From: Dicyema japonicum | Taxonomy: Eukaryota; Animalia; Dicyemida | Length of the DNA: 64,000 nucleotides | Assembly (NCBI GenBank): GCA_011109175.1 | Contig: RDEW01000014.1 | Location: forward strand, 1,245,749-1,309,748 | Direction of reading: 5' to 3' | In this document: positions 1 through 12,730 of the stretch, piece after piece | Position numbering within the stretch: position 1 is the stretch's first letter | Layout of the letters: every line of letters begins with the position of its first letter | Notes under the pieces: generated by a model | The model's database searches: none | Told to the model about the DNA's origin: nothing | The model's input: the letters and a program-made list of their open reading frames with translations, nothing else | Translations under genes and position numbers: made by a program

Positions 1-189
1 TAATATTTTTGGTCATATTTCTAAGCATAAACATATTTTAGAAACCACAATTAGACAGATAGATAACAACAAGAAATGATGCAGAAAAAGCGCCAATATA
101 TTATTTAAAATATTTGATAAAATTATTAATAAAACATTTTAAGTTTTTTATTTCTAATAATTTAATGGATTGACGCCGTCATTATTGTT

Positions 190-1800
190 TAATCATTGCT
201 GAACTAGATTGTCTTCTGGGATTCGCACACAAACAAACAAAAAAAAACTGCAATTCAAGTACCTTCTCAATGGTTCGGATTAATGTCTTGGATTAATTAC
301 TGCTTTTACTTTTAAAGTGTCAGTTCTGCCTAATATGAGGTTTACATTCCTATACCTTATAGGAAGGGCTGTAAAAAATAATTTAATTATTTATGGCTTG
401 CATAATCGCTATTAAAGTCTCACTGGAGAATATTCGGACATAATCTGAGGATAGTTTACCCCTCACCAAATGGAGAATGCAGATTCCTTGGCAAAAGAAT
501 TTTGAGTTTTTGATAAGGTTTTCCACATCATTCGTGCTATCGGTTTTCCTTGAGGAGTTTGAGCATTGTTCGATTTACATGGACGGGAACACTTTTTTCA
601 TGTTAATGTGACTCACTTTTGCTTAGTGGTCCACTATGATATCTCCCTGATGAAATAAATCACGTGGTGTTTGTTTCCTATCAATACTGGTAATTGTGTT
701 CATTGTATTTATGTCAACTGAATACCACGTAGGTTACCCCAGAAATCCTTTAGTGTTGTCCGGTGGTTAATTTTGGTGATAAAATTATTCCAATTTCCTT
801 TTGTTGATTAATTATGTTATTTCACTATTAAGATTGGATAGTCTGGTCGTAGGGATTCTTGGTTTTTTAGTCGGCGTTTTGTATGAATTTTTTCGATAAT
901 TCCTCTTGGAATGTGTTTCTTGTCAGCACGGCGTCAAGCAATTTGAAATTCTCAACGGAACAGTCGGTTATAAATTTTTATGTTTCTTATCGGAATGAAT
1001 CCCATTTTGCACGTTTGTAATTTATTATAGTTTTTCAGTGCCTAACAATAGGCGAGAGTAGTTAGATTGACAGAAGGATACAATGAGTGTAAGTCATATA
1101 CAATTCTCCAGGATATTTTATTATAGTTTTTCAGTGCCTAACAATAGGCGAGAGTAGTTAGATTGACAGAAGGATACAATGAGTGTAAGTCATATACAAT
1201 TCTCCAGGATATCGCCGTAGATAGTGATGGAGAACATAATGTGAGGTCAAAAAATGTATTGGAGTGTCCAGGTCTGAAAGCTGTTCGAGTTTGTGAATTC
1301 CTGTAATTGAGGATACCTAATTGTTATAGTTCATAATGGGACTTTGTGGCGAGATGTAAATATTTACAAATGTGTACCCTGTGTAATTTATTTTCACCAA
1401 AACGGAAGTAAGTTCAATGTGATAGATTTGTGTATAAGATTTTTTTAGATTTGTGTATAAGAACACCGCCTCCCCTGTTTTATTTCGGTCGATCACGGCG
1501 GACAATTGAGTAGTTTTTGTAATGTGGAAGACTTTCTGGATAGTTTCTTTTCTGGTAGCATGAAAATATCAATTTTGTGGGAAGTTAAAAATGCAAAAAG
1601 TTCAGTTGATTTGTGTGTGAGGCCGTTTATGTTGAATTGCATAATATTGAAGAATTTCCCGTTCTTGTGGGGCCGGAGTTTTGTTCAATGTCCCCAGCAA
1701 AGATTAGGAGTAGCCAATCCGATCTTTGGGAGTGAATGCTATGAGCTCAATAGCCGCCATCATCCAGTACGACTTCCCAGAGGTTGTTGAAGAATAAAAA
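190..1800 (-). mobile_element. Degenerate Ingi/Vingi-like non-LTR retrotransposon, 5' half (2A-like peptide, APE endonuclease, linker)
   Basis: Manual minus-strand translation: LLLIFAGDIEQNSGP, then FNIMQFNINGLTHKSTELFAFLTSHKIDIFMLPEKKL (APE N-terminus), and a KKHIPRG-type linker near 900-930. Many stops and frameshifts. Confidence 0.65.
1669..1713 (-). other. Degenerate 2A-like (StopGo) peptide LLLIFAGDIEQNSGP
   Basis: Matches D(V/I)ExNPGP except P to S; lies directly upstream of the APE start. Confidence 0.65.
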
Positions 1801-1809
1801 GAGCCATCA

Positions 1810-4230
1810 ATTTCTCCCTACCATTTTGAAGTTCCTGTATTAAATCATAAGAAAGAGGATAAAGGTCATCGTTTAATTAAGTGATCCCGGTGTCCATACC
1901 AGACCTTTTCCTGTGGTTAGTTTTGGATCTCCACAGCGGGAAAGGTTTCTTTTCATATCTTGGGCAGGCGTCCATATATAGTTTGATGTGCTTTACCATT
2001 TTGAGGAAGTCTCGGTGACGTTCCGTAAGGTATGATTGGGGGGACGTTTAGTGTTCTCCGTAGTAACGAAGTGGACGTCATTTTCGACAATCTCAATAGT
2101 ATTCTGAGACATAGGTTTTGTAAAACTTCCAGCTTGCTCTGTGCCGATAGTGATAACGGGGCAATCCATGCAGCACAGGCGTACTCGATACTAGGTAGAA
2201 CAAATTGTTTGTATATAAGCTCTAACGATAGGCGGGAAGATATTGGAGAGTGCGTGAAAGCTTTGAGAATTCCAATTTTCTTTTGGACTAAGTCCACTTG
2301 ATGAGTAAATGTGAGGAGGGGATCCAGGATGACTCCAAGGATTGAAAGCGTCTTCTTAATGGGAAACGGGGAGTCATATAATTTTATTTGTGGTGTTGCC
2401 CATATTTTTTTTTGTGATGAGGTAAACGTCATTACATGTGACTTTCCTGGTGATATATTCAGACGGTTCTTCAGGAACCAAAGACCCATCAGGTTTAGTA
2501 GATCTTGCATAGACCGTGTCGCCTCCTCGATTCTTCGATGTTTAACTGCGACCACGAGATCATCCGCATACGATAAAAATAATTTTGTTTTTTGTGGTTG
2601 GGGATGGGACGTCACATAGGAACATGTTGAAGAGCAATTCCATTTGGAAGGTATCGCGGTTTTGATTTTTGATTATTTGGCACCACTTGGCCCATTCGAC
2701 CGTTGATTAAGTTAGCTAACCATGACTTTAAGTTAGGGTGGATTGACGTAGTAAAAATTTTTGCTGTAAGAATCTTCCGAGATACTGAGTCAAAAGCCTT
2801 CTCTAGATAAGTTGTTGTTGAGTGTCTTTCGCAGAATCCGTGTAGAAAAGATGGTAGATTTATGAAATGACGGATCTTGAGAATGACTAGTTTTTCTAAC
2901 ACTCGTGATATGGCGCAGATGATGGATACCGGTCGGTAGAAGATATGGCGCAGATAATGGTTGTTTTCTCAGGATATGGTGTATCAGAGATTTCTTCCAT
3001 ATTGACGGAATCTTGTTCTCGTTTATTGAGAGGTTGAAAATTTGTGTTATTTTGGCCGTCACGGAATGACCCAGGTGTTTCAGTTAGAGAATGAAGATGT
3101 CATCTGAACCGCGGGACGACAAGTTATTCATTTTCCTGATTACTGAGTGGACTGTTGAAGGGTTGAAGAAGTCATGTTGGGAAATTATTCCTTCGACCAT
3201 TGCTAGAATGAACATCCATGTCTTTTGAATATGGTTTATGACTAATATTGGGATATGGCTCTTGATGTCCAATTAAATGTGGAGAGCACTTCTTAAGCCT
3301 CCTTATCGATTTACATTATACAGTGAGGGAAGTATTGTTCGTAACTTATCTGAGCAAGGGTTCCCAACGTTCTTTGCTGTGTTTCGTGATGTTCCGAGTG
3401 ATTTCTTTGTTCAGTTTTAATATCCTTTCAGTATCGGAATGTATCTTTTGCGATCTCGGAGTATAATCTCATTGAGGTATTCGACAGCAGCGTCGATAGA
3501 TCCGAAGTTCTCTATCTGGAAGGTGTATGTGTAGTTCGATAAAAGATGTGAAGGCGGGCCATATTGTCTTTAAAAAGTTCACATTTGTTCTCAGAGTGTT
3601 CATTAACTTATGTTTTTGTAGATCCTCATGAAGATCGGGTTATGGTAGGTATGTAAGTCGTATATAACATCCCATAAAATGACAGCCTCAAGAGAAGGGG
3701 CGGCAAAGAAATGTCTGGTAAAGTAGGGGAGTCGCCTTGACGGGAAGGGGACCTTGTGTGTTTGCTTTGATTATTGAGAGTGATCAAGTCGTCAAAACTG
3801 TCAAATATAGGGGCCCCCGTTGATTCAGTTGTTGGTCACCATGCAGTTAGTTCTCCCTTTGTAGGTCCTTTCCCCATTATATTATTCCACGGTGGTCCCA
3901 AACCGTCCTGCGGAGACCGATGATGTGGTTAACCACGCTCCATGTAGATCCCAATTCGAATTTAGGGAACAATTAGAGTTGGTACCCCCTGTAAGTACCA
4001 ACTCCAGTATGACATCCACAGTAGTCCCAAATCCTGTACGGATCAATGGCCTGGGTAACAAAGTCCCGGGTAGACCCGGATATGAATGTAGGTATCAATT
4101 GGTGTGGGTACTAGTTCTAACTTGGAAAATATCAGGAGATTTTGACCATTTGGCTGCTGCGTCCCCCAAAAGGTTCCTTCGTTTTTGTAGAATATCTGCA
4201 GTATGTTTCTCAACCTTCTAGTATATTCCT
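1810..4230 (-). mobile_element. Frameshifted APE-RT LINE (Vingi-like 'GIT*' family)
   Basis: ORFs 2790-3062, 2612-2902 and 1953-2615 give RT motifs (KAFDSV, YADD, ILGVILD, PSIEYACAAW). APE C-terminal remnant near 3650-3800. ORF end TGIT* near 1885. Confidence 0.85.
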
Positions 4231-4239
4231 TCGTCTTGT

Positions 4240-5412
4240 GGCACCACCTTTTTTTTATTTATATTTTAGATAGATAGATACTTTATCAACGTAACAAACT
4301 TGATTCTAATTAAAAAACTAATTAAAAAAAAGTTTGTCTTGGTTGATGGGGTCTCGTTTAACAAGACACCATATGTCTCCTCTTTGAATAATTGACCCCT
4401 TTCTTCCAACAAGAATTATTTTTTCAAGTGGTGCAATATTTCCTCAATGGATCTTGCACGTCTCTCATCACTTGGCGGTAATTTAGACTTTAAATCATGT
4501 CGATATGCCAGTTTAATAGCATATCTCCTCGATTTATTGAGAAGCTCTACAATAGTACTTCTCTCATCACTTTCAAACCATCCTTGGAAGCCATAAATCA
4601 AAAATGGTTCTATACAAGCTGTATACACATAAAGAAAAGTTTCCGGACTCAATTGAAAACGTAGAAGTGATTTCAACATCGCCGTAGCTTTTTTCTTCTT
4701 TTTCTTGATATAATTAATGAAGGAACCCTTCGAGTTCACACAAACTCCAAGATATTGTAACTCTTCCATCATTTGATCTCTCCAGTATCAATACAAATCT
4801 TTGATTTGTTCTTGAAATTCACAATCCATGAAGCAGTACATTTTTCAAGAGATAAGGATAAACCGTAATCACGGCACCAGCATTTAATTATTTCGACATG
4901 TGTCTAAACACGTTTCCAGGAAATCGATCTATTAATACTCAGAAAACGTTATTCACTATGTTAGCTTCAACAGCCTTGGGGCATCTCCCATAATTGGCAA
5001 AGTGGCTGGATGAACTACAATTCACACACGACTCATTATTGTTTGTAACCGGACACTGCGATCTTCTATGTGGCCCAGAACAAACAAGGCATCTTTCAAC
5101 ATTTTTGCAAAAACGAGCAATATGACCAAACTGTTGACAACGAAAACATTGGATCTCTGGTTTATTGAACCATTCAACTTTTATCTTCAGATATCCAATT
5201 ATCAGTCCAAATCTTACAAGGGATTCAGCCTTATTTCTGTCCGATCTTGTAAGTTTGGCAACAGACAGTCTGATGCCCTGCTTTTCAAATCTTTCAACCG
5301 TAAATTTTTCTCTCAATATCGTTTCCAAGGTATTCTTCCAACTCATTGGTTTCAATCCACGTCGGAAGACCTTTCGAGCATAACTACTGAGAATCTCGGC
5401 GTAGACCCCCAA
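4240..5412 (-). mobile_element. Internally deleted Jockey/I-like LINE: gag-like ORF1 fused to RT C-terminus and 3' tail
   Basis: ORF 4939-5412 has three Cys/His knuckles (CFRCQQFGHIARFC, CLVCSGPHRRSQC, CVNCSSSSH). It abuts an RT C-terminus (4416-4772) homologous to 9696-10871. 3' stem-loop at 4362-4379. Confidence 0.8.
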
Positions 5413-5559
5413 TAAACAAGAAATAGATATCGTTGACTAAGGTTTATAATTTGAATTTATATTTTATAACATTAAACTGATAAGGTTGAATTGAAATATT
5501 TATATTTTGAAAATAAAAAACGAAATGAAAAACAACAACATGTTACGAATTAGGTACTA

Positions 5560-8500
5560 ATAAGTCTGCCTGTTAGGCCTAGACTCTTCATCCCGGTACC
5601 TTTTTTTTCTGATAATCCATTCTATGTCTTTTTTACTTTGACGTCCTGATTCGGATGTTCTCCTTGATCGGCCTGACAAGTTTGTTCTCTTCCTCCGTCA
5701 GGACTTCATGTAATTTCTTACCGTGTTTTCTCCAGTCGGGCAGAATCTTTTCTCTCGAGGGGGTGTAGAACCATCCCTCGCTTCCGTAGATCAGTCTGGG
5801 AAGAATCACATTCCGGAAGATGAAGAGCATGGAATCAACGTCTAGCTTCAGTCTTTTAGTGCAGTACAGTGCCTGAAAAGCCTTTTTCCTTCGCCCTTCG
5901 ATGTCCTTCATGTATGATCCTCTTCCATTGACTGAAATCCCCAGGTATTTCAATGACGAAACTCTCGGTATACAGAGAGTGTAGGGCTCCTCCTCATGTC
6001 TACCCGGCCTGCTTATCCTCAAATAACTGGATTTTTCCGTCGAGAGTTTCATGCCTCTCCGATCGCACCAACCCTGGACTTCGTCGATAAAAACACCTAG
6101 TCGCCGCTCTGAGATGTATGCCTTCAAAGATGAATCCAGGATTAAAATGTCGTCCGCGTAAATCATTAGCTTGGTTCTGACGTTCTGCGGAGACGGAAAA
6201 TCTTCCATAAATATGTTAAATAGCAAAGAGCTAAGAATAGATCCCTGTGGCACTCCATTTTAAATGATATTCCATCCGAATAACTTCCACCAACTACCAC
6301 GTGGGATATCCTCCCGGTTAGATAGTCTTTCAACCATAGGAACATTTCTTTGGTTATTTTAGAGCGAACTAGTTGACGAAATAACGCCTCGTGCCATACA
6401 CTGTCGAATGCCTTTGATATGTCGAGACAAATAAGGCTCAACTGGCTTTTCTTCTCCAGTGTATTTATAATTTCGTAGTTTAGTGAGTGGATACACTCTC
6501 CACATGATCTTCCCGGACGGAAACTAAATTGATTTGGTTGTAGAAAGTTGCTCTTTTCTATATACCGATTCAGTCTCTTAAATACAATACGTTCCATAAT
6601 CTTTGATGTAGAACATATAAGACTTACCGGCCTATAACTGAAGGGATCCTTCCTTGCTGTTCCTGGCTTGAGGATCATCTTAACAATAGATCGTTTCCAT
6701 AAAGGAGGCACGTGTCCGAGCCTGAAACTCGAGTCATACATCTCTCGTAGAACAGACAATAGTTCATCAGAACCTTCTTTGAACATAATCATAGAAATGC
6801 CATCAAATCCTGGGGCCTTGTTCTTGCATTCACGAATTGCTGTTCTAACTTCTGCCATTGAGACTTTTTCTGTCAAACTATCCAGATCTTCCATAGAGTA
6901 ATCCATGAAATTAGGCAACTCCTCTGAAAACTTTTCATTTATAACACTAATAGGATCAACACCCTGTATATTCTCTAGTTGATTTCGGAATACCGAAGGA
7001 ACTTTTTCCAATGGGATTGTCCTTCCATTTTGATCGGCTAGCTTAATGTTTTTCGCTTTTAAACTCCCATTCGTTAGCCTCCTGTACATTTTCCAGAAAC
7101 AAGGGTTTTTCCAGTTAACCTTAGAGGCTGCACTCTTCAATTTATTTTCGGCGTTTACTCTCCAAGCTTCTTGTAGCATTGTTTGGATCACATCAATTCT
7201 GTATTTCAAGATTTTCCTGTCCCACATATCAATACATCGTCTGTGCTTCGCCTTCAGAGTATTCCTCTCGCGAATAAGATCCCGTATTATAGGTGGGCAA
7301 GAATTTTTGCTCTTTAGAAAGCTCTTCAAGTAAACCTTCCTTCCATATAATTGAAGATACGTCAGCATAGTGCTGGATAGTACCCTGTCGTAAACGTCCA
7401 GCTCATTAGGTGTAGAACAAGAGATAGTCTTCGATAGTAAGGTCTCAGACAAATAATGACGATAATGTACCCAGTCTATCGACGAAGTATCGTAGTATAG
7501 GAAAATTAGGTGTAGAACAAGAGATAGTCTTCGATAGTAAGGTCTCAGACAAATAATGACGATAATGTACCCAGTCTATCGACGAAGTATCGTAGTATAG
7601 GAAAATATTTTCTGCAATGTTTGGTTCTAAGTTTATAGATATTTCCTGCGGAATATGATCACTCCCAATGTCCCAAAGCAACGCTGGTCCGTCCACATAA
7701 TCCAGGAGCTGTGGAGACACTAGAGCCAATCCCAACATGTCAGCTCCGTTGTATGAGAAATGGTTAGGTTCTTTAGACGTCAAGACCTCAACTCCAATTT
7801 CGCTAGCCAGATCTGCAAGGAGTCGACCGTCCCCATTATTTTTGCAGCATCCATAGCGTTGAGGTCTCCTACCAAAATCGACATCGGGTTAGTTCCAAAA
7901 AATTGGACAATTTTTGCAGAAGATCAGGCCAAGTCCTTAGAATCCTACGCTTATCCATTTCCCTCCACATAGAATATCCACAGACACAAATTCCGACCGT
8001 TTCGAAAAAAGATTGAAGTTCCAGTTCCAGCCACTGCTCCATCTTTCCATGGAATGCCCACCGAGTTGTACCCTTCCATACTATATTTTTTTCCTTGTTT
8101 GATTTTAGTCTCGTTGACTACCAAGACATCCATCTTGGCAATCCTCACAAGTAGCGCTAGTTCATCATGCCTTCTCACCAGGGAGCGGGTATTCACCAGC
8201 ACTACTTTCAATTTACTTTTCAGCGGTTTGGTTGGTGGCCTGCGCTCTCCACAGCCAGGTCCACCAGACTCTAAAAATCCACTTTCAGCATTTTGCATAA
8301 ATTTTTTCAGACGAGAGAGAATACCATTCAGCTCCCGAGATACCGACTCGGGGATTCCTGCTTTGCTCTGTTCATGTTTACGTTTGGCGCCCAGATTTAC
8401 AGATCCATCACCAATGTGAGAGCTATCAGTTTCATAATCTCTTCCGTCTGTTTGACCATCTCGTAAACTTCTGACTTTCTCTGCAAGTTTTTCCTTTTGG

Positions 8501-9530
8501 CTCTCCTCTCCACCGGCCAATCAGGAGTATGTGAAGTATTGGTCCACTTCATTTCTTGGATTGGCTTGATTCCTTCTTTTCTAGACACTGTTTGTCTGGA
8601 AATTATTTTCTTCGATGCTTCTCTCATTGCCGGACACCCTCTATAGCGGGCATTGTGTCCTGCTCCTCCACAATTGATACACTTGGTCTCTACGTTCGAT
8701 GGATATTCACACATAAGAAGATCGTGCTCCCCTCCACACTTGATGCATCTCTTCTTTTCCTTACACTGTGCCGCGATGTGGCCGATGCGTTCACAGTTGT
8801 AGCAGATGGGAGGGGGCCTCTTCATCCACTCACACTCGATCTTGTTTGATCCAATGTAGAATCCACAACGTATCAACGATGAGGCCTCCGCGTTACTACT
8901 AACTGAGGCCTTTGCCATAGGCATAGGCTGTGATCCTCTTGACATTCGGGTTACAATCAAAGTTGAGGGTGCCATCTCCTGAAGGTAATCAAGGAGGTCG
9001 TTCTCACTCACCCAGAAAGGAAGGTTCCTGAGAACAATCTCACAAGGTTTCGATATGAGCGTTCTGAAGTGGTGGTTGTCAGGTCCAAAGGGACAGGTCT
9101 CATTTATGGCCTTCATATATTCGACCATGTGGTTATTGTCGCGGAAATCTAATCGGAAGGAGCCCGGTCCTTTGTGGCTCATCCTCAAAGATCCATATTG
9201 ATCGTAAAAATGTAAAATATTCGCAATTTTTATCGGACTCATAGTACAGTGAACTGTGATCAATAGTGACTTGTTATCTGTAGAATCTTCTATTTTTGGT
9301 TGTTCTATAGGTTTGGACTTTACAGTTTGGTTGTGTGTCGTAGGGTTGTTCTCAAGTTTAGAGGGCTCCAAAGTGAACGACCCAGCCGTAGCACATCCTG
9401 GGGGACGAGAAGAGCTGTTGGTTCTCATCTTTGGGGCTTTCGAATTTGATATTTTTCCTCTAACAACCATTTAATATTTTTGTAGAACTGTAGAACAGAA
9501 AATTGAATCCTCCTGTAGAACTTCATTTAT
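5560..9530 (-). mobile_element. Near full-length two-ORF Jockey/I-superfamily LINE (ORF2 frameshifted)
   Basis: ORF1 at 8397-9470. APE pieces 7951-8520 (VNTRSL, VNETK) and 7445-7783 (GSDHIP). RT 6166-7452 (YRPVSL, LDISKAFDSV) and 5633-6253 (PQGSILS, YADD). Confidence 0.9.
8397..9470 (-). CDS. LINE ORF1 gag-like nucleic-acid-binding protein (intact, 357 aa)
   Basis: Three zinc knuckles CYNCERIGHIAAQC, CIKCGGEHDLLMC and CINCGGAGHNARYRGC, preceded by an RRM-like segment; overlaps the ORF2 start. Confidence 0.85.
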   Translation of the reverse strand: MVVRGKISNSKAPKMRTNSSSRPPGCATAGSFTLEPSKLENNPTTHNQTVKSKPIEQPKIEDSTDNKSLLITVHCTMSPIKIANILHFYDQYGSLRMSHKGPGSFRLDFRDNNHMVEYMKAINETCPFGPDNHHFRTLISKPCEIVLRNLPFWVSENDLLDYLQEMAPSTLIVTRMSRGSQPMPMAKASVSSNAEASSLIRCGFYIGSNKIECEWMKRPPPICYNCERIGHIAAQCKEKKRCIKCGGEHDLLMCEYPSNVETKCINCGGAGHNARYRGCPAMREASKKIISRQTVSRKEGIKPIQEMKWTNTSHTPDWPVERRAKRKNLQRKSEVYEMVKQTEEIMKLIALTLVMDL

Positions 9531-9559
9531 TTTAGAAGACAAGACAAATTTTATTTTCT

Positions 9560-10871
9560 AACAAACCCCAAAACTAATTACTGTAAAGAAACCAAAACCT
9601 GAACCAAAACTAATTAAGTGGGTTTTTATTCATCGTGTAGGGTCATTTTATGAGACACCACATGTCTCTACTTCGTTTGGACCCCAAAAATTACATCACA
9701 TTTTCCATAAGTGATGTAATAATTTTTCTATCTTTCTGACTTTCAGGTCGTAATCCTCTTCGATATTGGATTTTAAGTCCAGTCCATATGCCAATTTAAT
9801 CGCAAATCTTCTGGACTTTTCCAATTTTTTGACAAAGACATCACTTTCTTTTGTTCTAAACCATCCTTGATAACCATATATCAAGAATGGTTCAACACAC
9901 GCCGAATACACAAAAAGAAAAGTTTCAGGCTCCAAATGAAATCGAATTAAAGATTTCAACATTCCTGTAGCTTTCTTTCTTCGTGTTTTAATATGTTCCT
10001 TGAAAGATCCTCTTCGGTCTATCAACAATCCGAGATACTTCAATGTTTCAGAGATTTTTATATCCCCAGTATTCACACATTGATTAATATTTTTTCTTTT
10101 ACTTGCAATCCAAGTGACTGTTGTTTTTTCCCTCGATAGAGTCAACCCATTGTTTTGGCACCACTTTCCAATCTTAGTAATATGGGATTCCACCCTTTTC
10201 CATGAAATTTGTTTATTCATGCTTGAATCAAGCACAAGAATGTCATCAGCATAAATAATCATTTGACTATTTACGCTCTCTGTTTTTGGCAAATCTCTCA
10301 TTACGCAATTGAAGAGTAGCGGGCTGAGAATTGAACCCTGTGGAACTCCTCTTCGCAATTCAATTTTCTTTGAAATTAAATTTCCAACACGTATATATGA
10401 CTTTCTTTTTGAAAGAAAGTTTTCTATCCATAATAACGCAGTTTTCCCAATTTCTGCTTTTGACAACGTATCAACAAGTCCAAAGTGCCAAACACTGTCA
10501 AACGCTTTTGTTATATCCAAACATGCTATTGTAAGAAATTCCTTTTTATTTCGTGAAATTTCGATTGCAGATCTTAGCTCTTTAAAGCAATCTCCAGTCC
10601 CTTTTTTATGCCGAAATCCCAGTTGATTATCAGAGAGAAAATTATTATCCTCAACATGCCTTGATAGACGATTGAAAACAATTTTTTCCATAACTTTCGA
10701 TATTGAGCAGACTAGGCTAATTGGCCTATCTGCTTTTGACCTTGGCTTTCCTTTTTTCACAACCATGCGTACAATTGTTCGTTTCCAATAAGCTGGAACA
10801 TGACCAAAACTCCAAGAAGAATTATATAATATTTTTAGGCACTCAATCAAAATTGGGCCTGCTTTATTTAT
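9560..10871 (-). mobile_element. 5'-truncated Jockey/I-like LINE with open RT domain
   Basis: ORF 9696-10898: RPISL, QLGFR, LDITKAFDSV, GVPQGSILSP, YADD, KYLG. 3' stem-loop GAGACA-TGTGG-TGTCTC at 9652-9668. Confidence 0.9.
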
Positions 10872-12199
10872 TTTAGAATTAGTTCCAGTAGAGTTCAAAT
10901 AGAATTGTATTTTTAATAATAATATAGTGTTATCGTTTGCATTGATTCATTCGATAAGGCAGAGGCGTATGATATTATATTTATCACAGACATAAACCTC
11001 TACTTAAAAAAATATAGATCTCAGAAATAATAGCTTGACTATCCAAAGTAAATTCGTTATTAAAAACAGCGAGCAGATTAGTGAAACATGTAATTAATAA
11101 TGTTATTTCAGACTGCAGTGCCATTGTGGACAAGTACAATGTCCTTGGCAATTGTATAATTTACTTTTTACTAACTTAATCGGTTCTTTTTTCTGGGATC
11201 TAAATTGGTGTTAATTAATTCAAATTTATTATGATTTAAATAATATCCTAGTTGGACAACTGAATCACACATCTCTACTCTTGACTCGGAAAGAATAATT
11301 TCAGTTAAAAATAAATTGGTGTTAATTAATTCAAATTTATTATGATTTCAATAATATCCTAGTTGGACAACTGAATCACACATCTCTACTCTTGACTCTG
11401 AAAGAATAATTTCAGTTAAAAAAGATGAGGAAATGAATCAAATATGATAGGTTTTAAAGAACGGATAGGTTTCCTTAGATTTATGAATGACATGAGCATT
11501 ATCTCAATTATCTTATATAGTTTTGATCCCTATCGACATAATTGTCACTGAGATCTTTCTAAAGATATTCAAGGAGATCGATTATATAAACACAGTTGCT
11601 TCTTAGAGAGTCAGGCGTCCAAATTTTTTGAGAATATTCCTCGTCGGAGTACTTAAATGTATTGGCACATAACTTCTTTTGTCATCCAATGTCAAACTCT
11701 ACGGATCGACACCCTGAATTTTTTTGATTCTTGAATCCTTGAGCGAATGCCGAGGAAGCTGATATAATAATTGTCAACGAAACGAAGATCAAGTCAAATG
11801 AGAATACAGTACTTCCGGGTTTCGAATCGATATTTTTATACTGGAAAGAGGGGGCTATACCATTGGACTGGAACATCATCTAAAGACAAGGAATCCCAGA
11901 ATTGTTTCATCAATTTGTATTCTCGAGCTTCGTGACAGGTTTTGTGACAGTTTGCGAAAGAATCATTGTCTGCGATGTAACCTGTGTGGATATTTCTCCA
12001 CTTCGTTCCTTCTGAGATCTGATCATAAACCAAGATCTATTGCATTTAAAGACGTCTTACATAATAACGCTGCTCTTCTACGAATGTCTTCAGTTGTCGC
12101 TTTGTATCAGGCATAATAATGGACTTTGGAGATTCAGTAATACCCAGATACTTATATCCTTCGTGTTCTCCAGGGCTCAAACTGACTCGCTACATATTT

Positions 12200-12730
12200 G
12201 TCTGTTTGTCGCAGAGTTGGAATAATTCAAATTTAATCCTATACTCTCAAGGACGTTTTATTCAATCAGATTTGGATTTTGCCTTAATTCTAGAGGCAAA
12301 ACTAACTCATAAAAACGTGACTCCATCTTTTCTAGAATATTCCGTCTTCCACAGAGACAGAAAATATAGAAAAGGTGGAGGAATCAGATCAATGTAGTGA
12401 AGTTATCAAACAGGATATTGATTCTTTCAAAACTGTGATACCTACCCAACCCGGTCCCTCAAAGATTCCCACTATCAATGACACTATTCAATCTATTTAC
12501 AAGTAACCTTCAAACTCTCAAAACACCATGCCGAAGATCTCATTGTGGCACCGTGATCACAAAGAGGCTACGCAGAGGGTTCAAGAGATCCTCGACTATA
12601 GGAATCCTGGTTTCTCAAGAACCGCATGGACACATCTCCTGGGAAGTCGAACACTAGTTATCTCTTCCTATAACCAGTTAACTTGAATGGAGAACTCACC
12701 CCGTTAAGAAGAACCCCTCCATCCGTGGAG
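12200..12730 (+). mobile_element. Degenerate APE endonuclease fragment within the duplication
   Basis: ORF 12119-12397 ends LILEAKLTHKNVTPSFLEYSVFHRDRKYRKGGGI, the QExKL...DR..GGG APE pattern. Confidence 0.55.

Noticed and set aside
1021-1212. Perfect 96-bp tandem duplication
   Set aside because: Read-length-sized exact duplicate in a draft assembly; most likely an artefact.
7405-7604. Exact 100-bp tandem duplication in LINE ORF2
   Set aside because: Exactly 100 bp and identical, typical of a short-read overlap or gap-filling error.
11200-11420. ~110-bp tandem repeat
   Set aside because: Single-copy in duplication copy B; looks like collapsed alleles. Similar doubt applies to 16490-16690, 52808-53063 and 59235-59450.
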